A DNA stretch of 64,000 nt from Camelus dromedarius (taxonomy: Eukaryota), in assembly GCF_036321535.1 (NCBI RefSeq), contig NC_087437.1, forward strand, positions 25,174,001 to 25,238,000, given 5' to 3'. The number at the start of each line of letters is the position of its first letter. The first letter of the stretch is position 1. The notes beneath the pieces are model-generated. The model was given only the letters and a program-made list of their open reading frames with translations, searched no databases and was not told the origin of the DNA. Below, in pieces: positions 61,912 through 64,000 of the stretch. A program made the translations under genes and the position numbers.

Positions 61912-63640
61912 TATTTATTCATTCATTGATTCAACAGGTATTGTTTAAGACCTATCATGTATTGGGTTTACAACAGTTAACAAAACATAGTAGCTGCTCC
62001 CATAGAATTTATGGTTTAGGAGGGAGAAACTGGGGACAAATATAATTTAGATTATGTTAGCGAAGTAAAGTGCTACAAAGAGAAATAAATCAGGGAGTGT
62101 GAGTGCGTTACACAGAAGTCACAGAAAGTTTTTCCTACAACACTTGGGAGAAACCTGAATGAAATGAAGGAGAGAATCACACAGAGAGCTCAGAAAAAGA
62201 GCTTTCAAAATAAGAACATCCCTAAGGCAGGAGAGGTGCCTTCTAGAGAATGAGTCAGGAGGCTCTGGTAGAATGGAGGTGAGAAAACCAGGGAATTAGC
62301 CAGAAAAAGGAGCATCATGTCTTGTAGACCAAGGGAAAGACTTTGAATTTTATTCTGAGTGAGATGGGAAATAATTGGTGTGTTTTCAACTGATCAGGAT
62401 CACTCTGTATTTGACATGGAGAGAAAAAAATGTAAAATGGCAGGGGCAGAAGCAGAGAGACCAACTAGGGAGCAATTGCAAAAATCTAGGCAACAAGATG
62501 ACGACGACCGGGACCAGGATGGTAGCTAAGAAAGTGGTAAGAAGTGTCTGAATCCTGAAAACATTTTTATGCTAGAACCAACAAATTTTATTGATGGAGT
62601 ATATGTCAGGTATTAAGAAAAATTATGCAAAGCTTGGAAATAGGCAAAAAATGAGTGGTGAATGATTTCAGTGTCTTATGGAGGCAAGGGGCCACCTAAA
62701 TGTTATCTAGATGTATGTGCTTTGTTTGGATTAAAGATCTCATCCTTAATGAAATTCCATGTTAACTCGTAGACTTCTGTCCTCTAATAGATGCAAATAA
62801 TTCCTGTTTAGTAGGAAGGATAACCCCAAATATTTATAGTTTATTTTTCTGTGGGATATTAATCAGTTTGATATCTAACCCAGCAATCTTTTCCTAATAT
62901 TTCTTAGTGTGCTTATATACATCTTACTGGTTTCTCCATTGATATGCCTTTGATATATGTTCATTTTACACTTGCATGAAAGCACCATGCTTTTTTACGT
63001 TGGAAAATTACACTGTAACATGAGTAAGAAAAAAAGTTGAGGGTGACACCATCAGGGATGTTGTCTAAGCATTTAAGAGAGTGTAGGTACCATTTCCTGG
63101 ATTGAGAAAGTATGGCAAGGGAGCAGGACTGAGGGGGGCAAGAGAACGCACAGTTTAATCTGAGGCGTTTACGTTTCTATAGTGGAGTCACTCCATAAGC
63201 AGAGTCAGACATCCAGATGAGAAGCCCAGGCTGGAGAAACAAATTTGGGAGAAATCATATAGATGATACTCAGAGCCATAGACTCTGCATGAGATTACCT
63301 AAGCAAGAGTGTATAAACAGAAGGGAAAGAAGTCCAAGGACTGATTCCTGGGGCACTCCAACACTTCAAGATTTAGAATATTCGGAGGAGCCAGCACAGG
63401 GCACTAAGAAGGAGCAGCAATAAGGGCAGGAGAAAATTTGAGAGTGATATCCCAAAAGCCAGGACAAGAAACTGTTCTAAGAAGGAGGTTGATAAATTGT
63501 GTCAAATGATGCTAGTAAAAGCCAGTAAAATAAGGATGAAAACTGACCACTGGTTTTTTGTATCCTGAAGACCTTTAACAGAGCAGTTTGGGGCCATAAT
63601 GAAGACCAAAGCCAGACGGATGCAGTGGCATAAAGAGAGA
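61912..63640 (-). mobile_element. L2 LINE, about 1.3 kb, interrupted at 62623-63024
   Basis: Tail 'attcattcattgattcaaca'; body 'gactttgaattttattctgagtgagatggga' and 'ggggcactccaacactt', 'gtgtcaaatgatgct'. Confidence 0.9.
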
Positions 63641-63644
63641 CAGT

Positions 63645-64000
63645 CAACCACAGTTACATACACAGTAGAATAAATAAACCTGAGAACAGTCATACAGGAA
63701 GATATCATCAGAAGTGCAAACGAACAAAGGTACAAACAGGAACTTAGATGGACCTGATAAACATAATATTGAGTAAAAAAAGCAAGACACAGGGTATGTA
63801 CCACATGATTTCATGTATTAAATGTTCAAAACCAAGTAGAACAAAGCAATACTATTTATGGATGCCTACACTGGTAGTCAAACGATAAAATTATAATCAA
63901 AAGCAAGAAAATGATGATCATAAAAGCCAAGTTAGTGGTTCCTTCTTGAGAGGAGGAAAAGAAATGTGACGTGTGGGTTACTGGGATGCTGACAATGTTC
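63645..64000 (+). mobile_element. Ancient L1ME-like 3' region (runs off the window end)
   Basis: 'aaacataatattgagtaaaaaaagcaagacac...atgatttcat...aatgttcaaaacca...ctgggatgctgacaatgttc'. Confidence 0.8.

Noticed and set aside
1..64000. Supplied ORFs of 60-136 aa as genes
   Set aside because: None resembles a known protein apart from L1 remnants. Many use non-ATG starts, overlap in several frames, or lie within repeats, which is the expected background in eukaryotic non-coding DNA.

Overview
This is AT-rich, CpG-depleted mammalian nuclear DNA. It is most likely from a camelid (alpaca, llama or camel), because it carries a tRNA-Ala-derived vic-1-type SINE at 39084-39176 and I saw no Alu, BovA/BovB or CAN SINEs. 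I recognise no protein-coding gene: the supplied ORFs are chance frames, microsatellite translations or decayed L1 ORF2 remnants. Much of the window is interspersed repeat (L2, MIR, L1, MaLR/ERVL/ERV1 solo LTRs, Tigger1, MER3, MER5A, MER8), often nested. Repeat subfamily names come from my recall of consensus sequences, not from a database search, and boundaries without a stated TSD are approximate. The repeat-poor stretches contain two good CTCF motifs with the upstream module, HOX/PBX/MEIS-type motif clusters, two ~60-nt hairpins, a C/D-box-like arrangement, candidate + strand exons, and a possible 3' end of a gene at the far left. The overall picture is a gene-poor regulatory region or a long intron. 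I found no convincing new biological system; the findings are testable candidates only.
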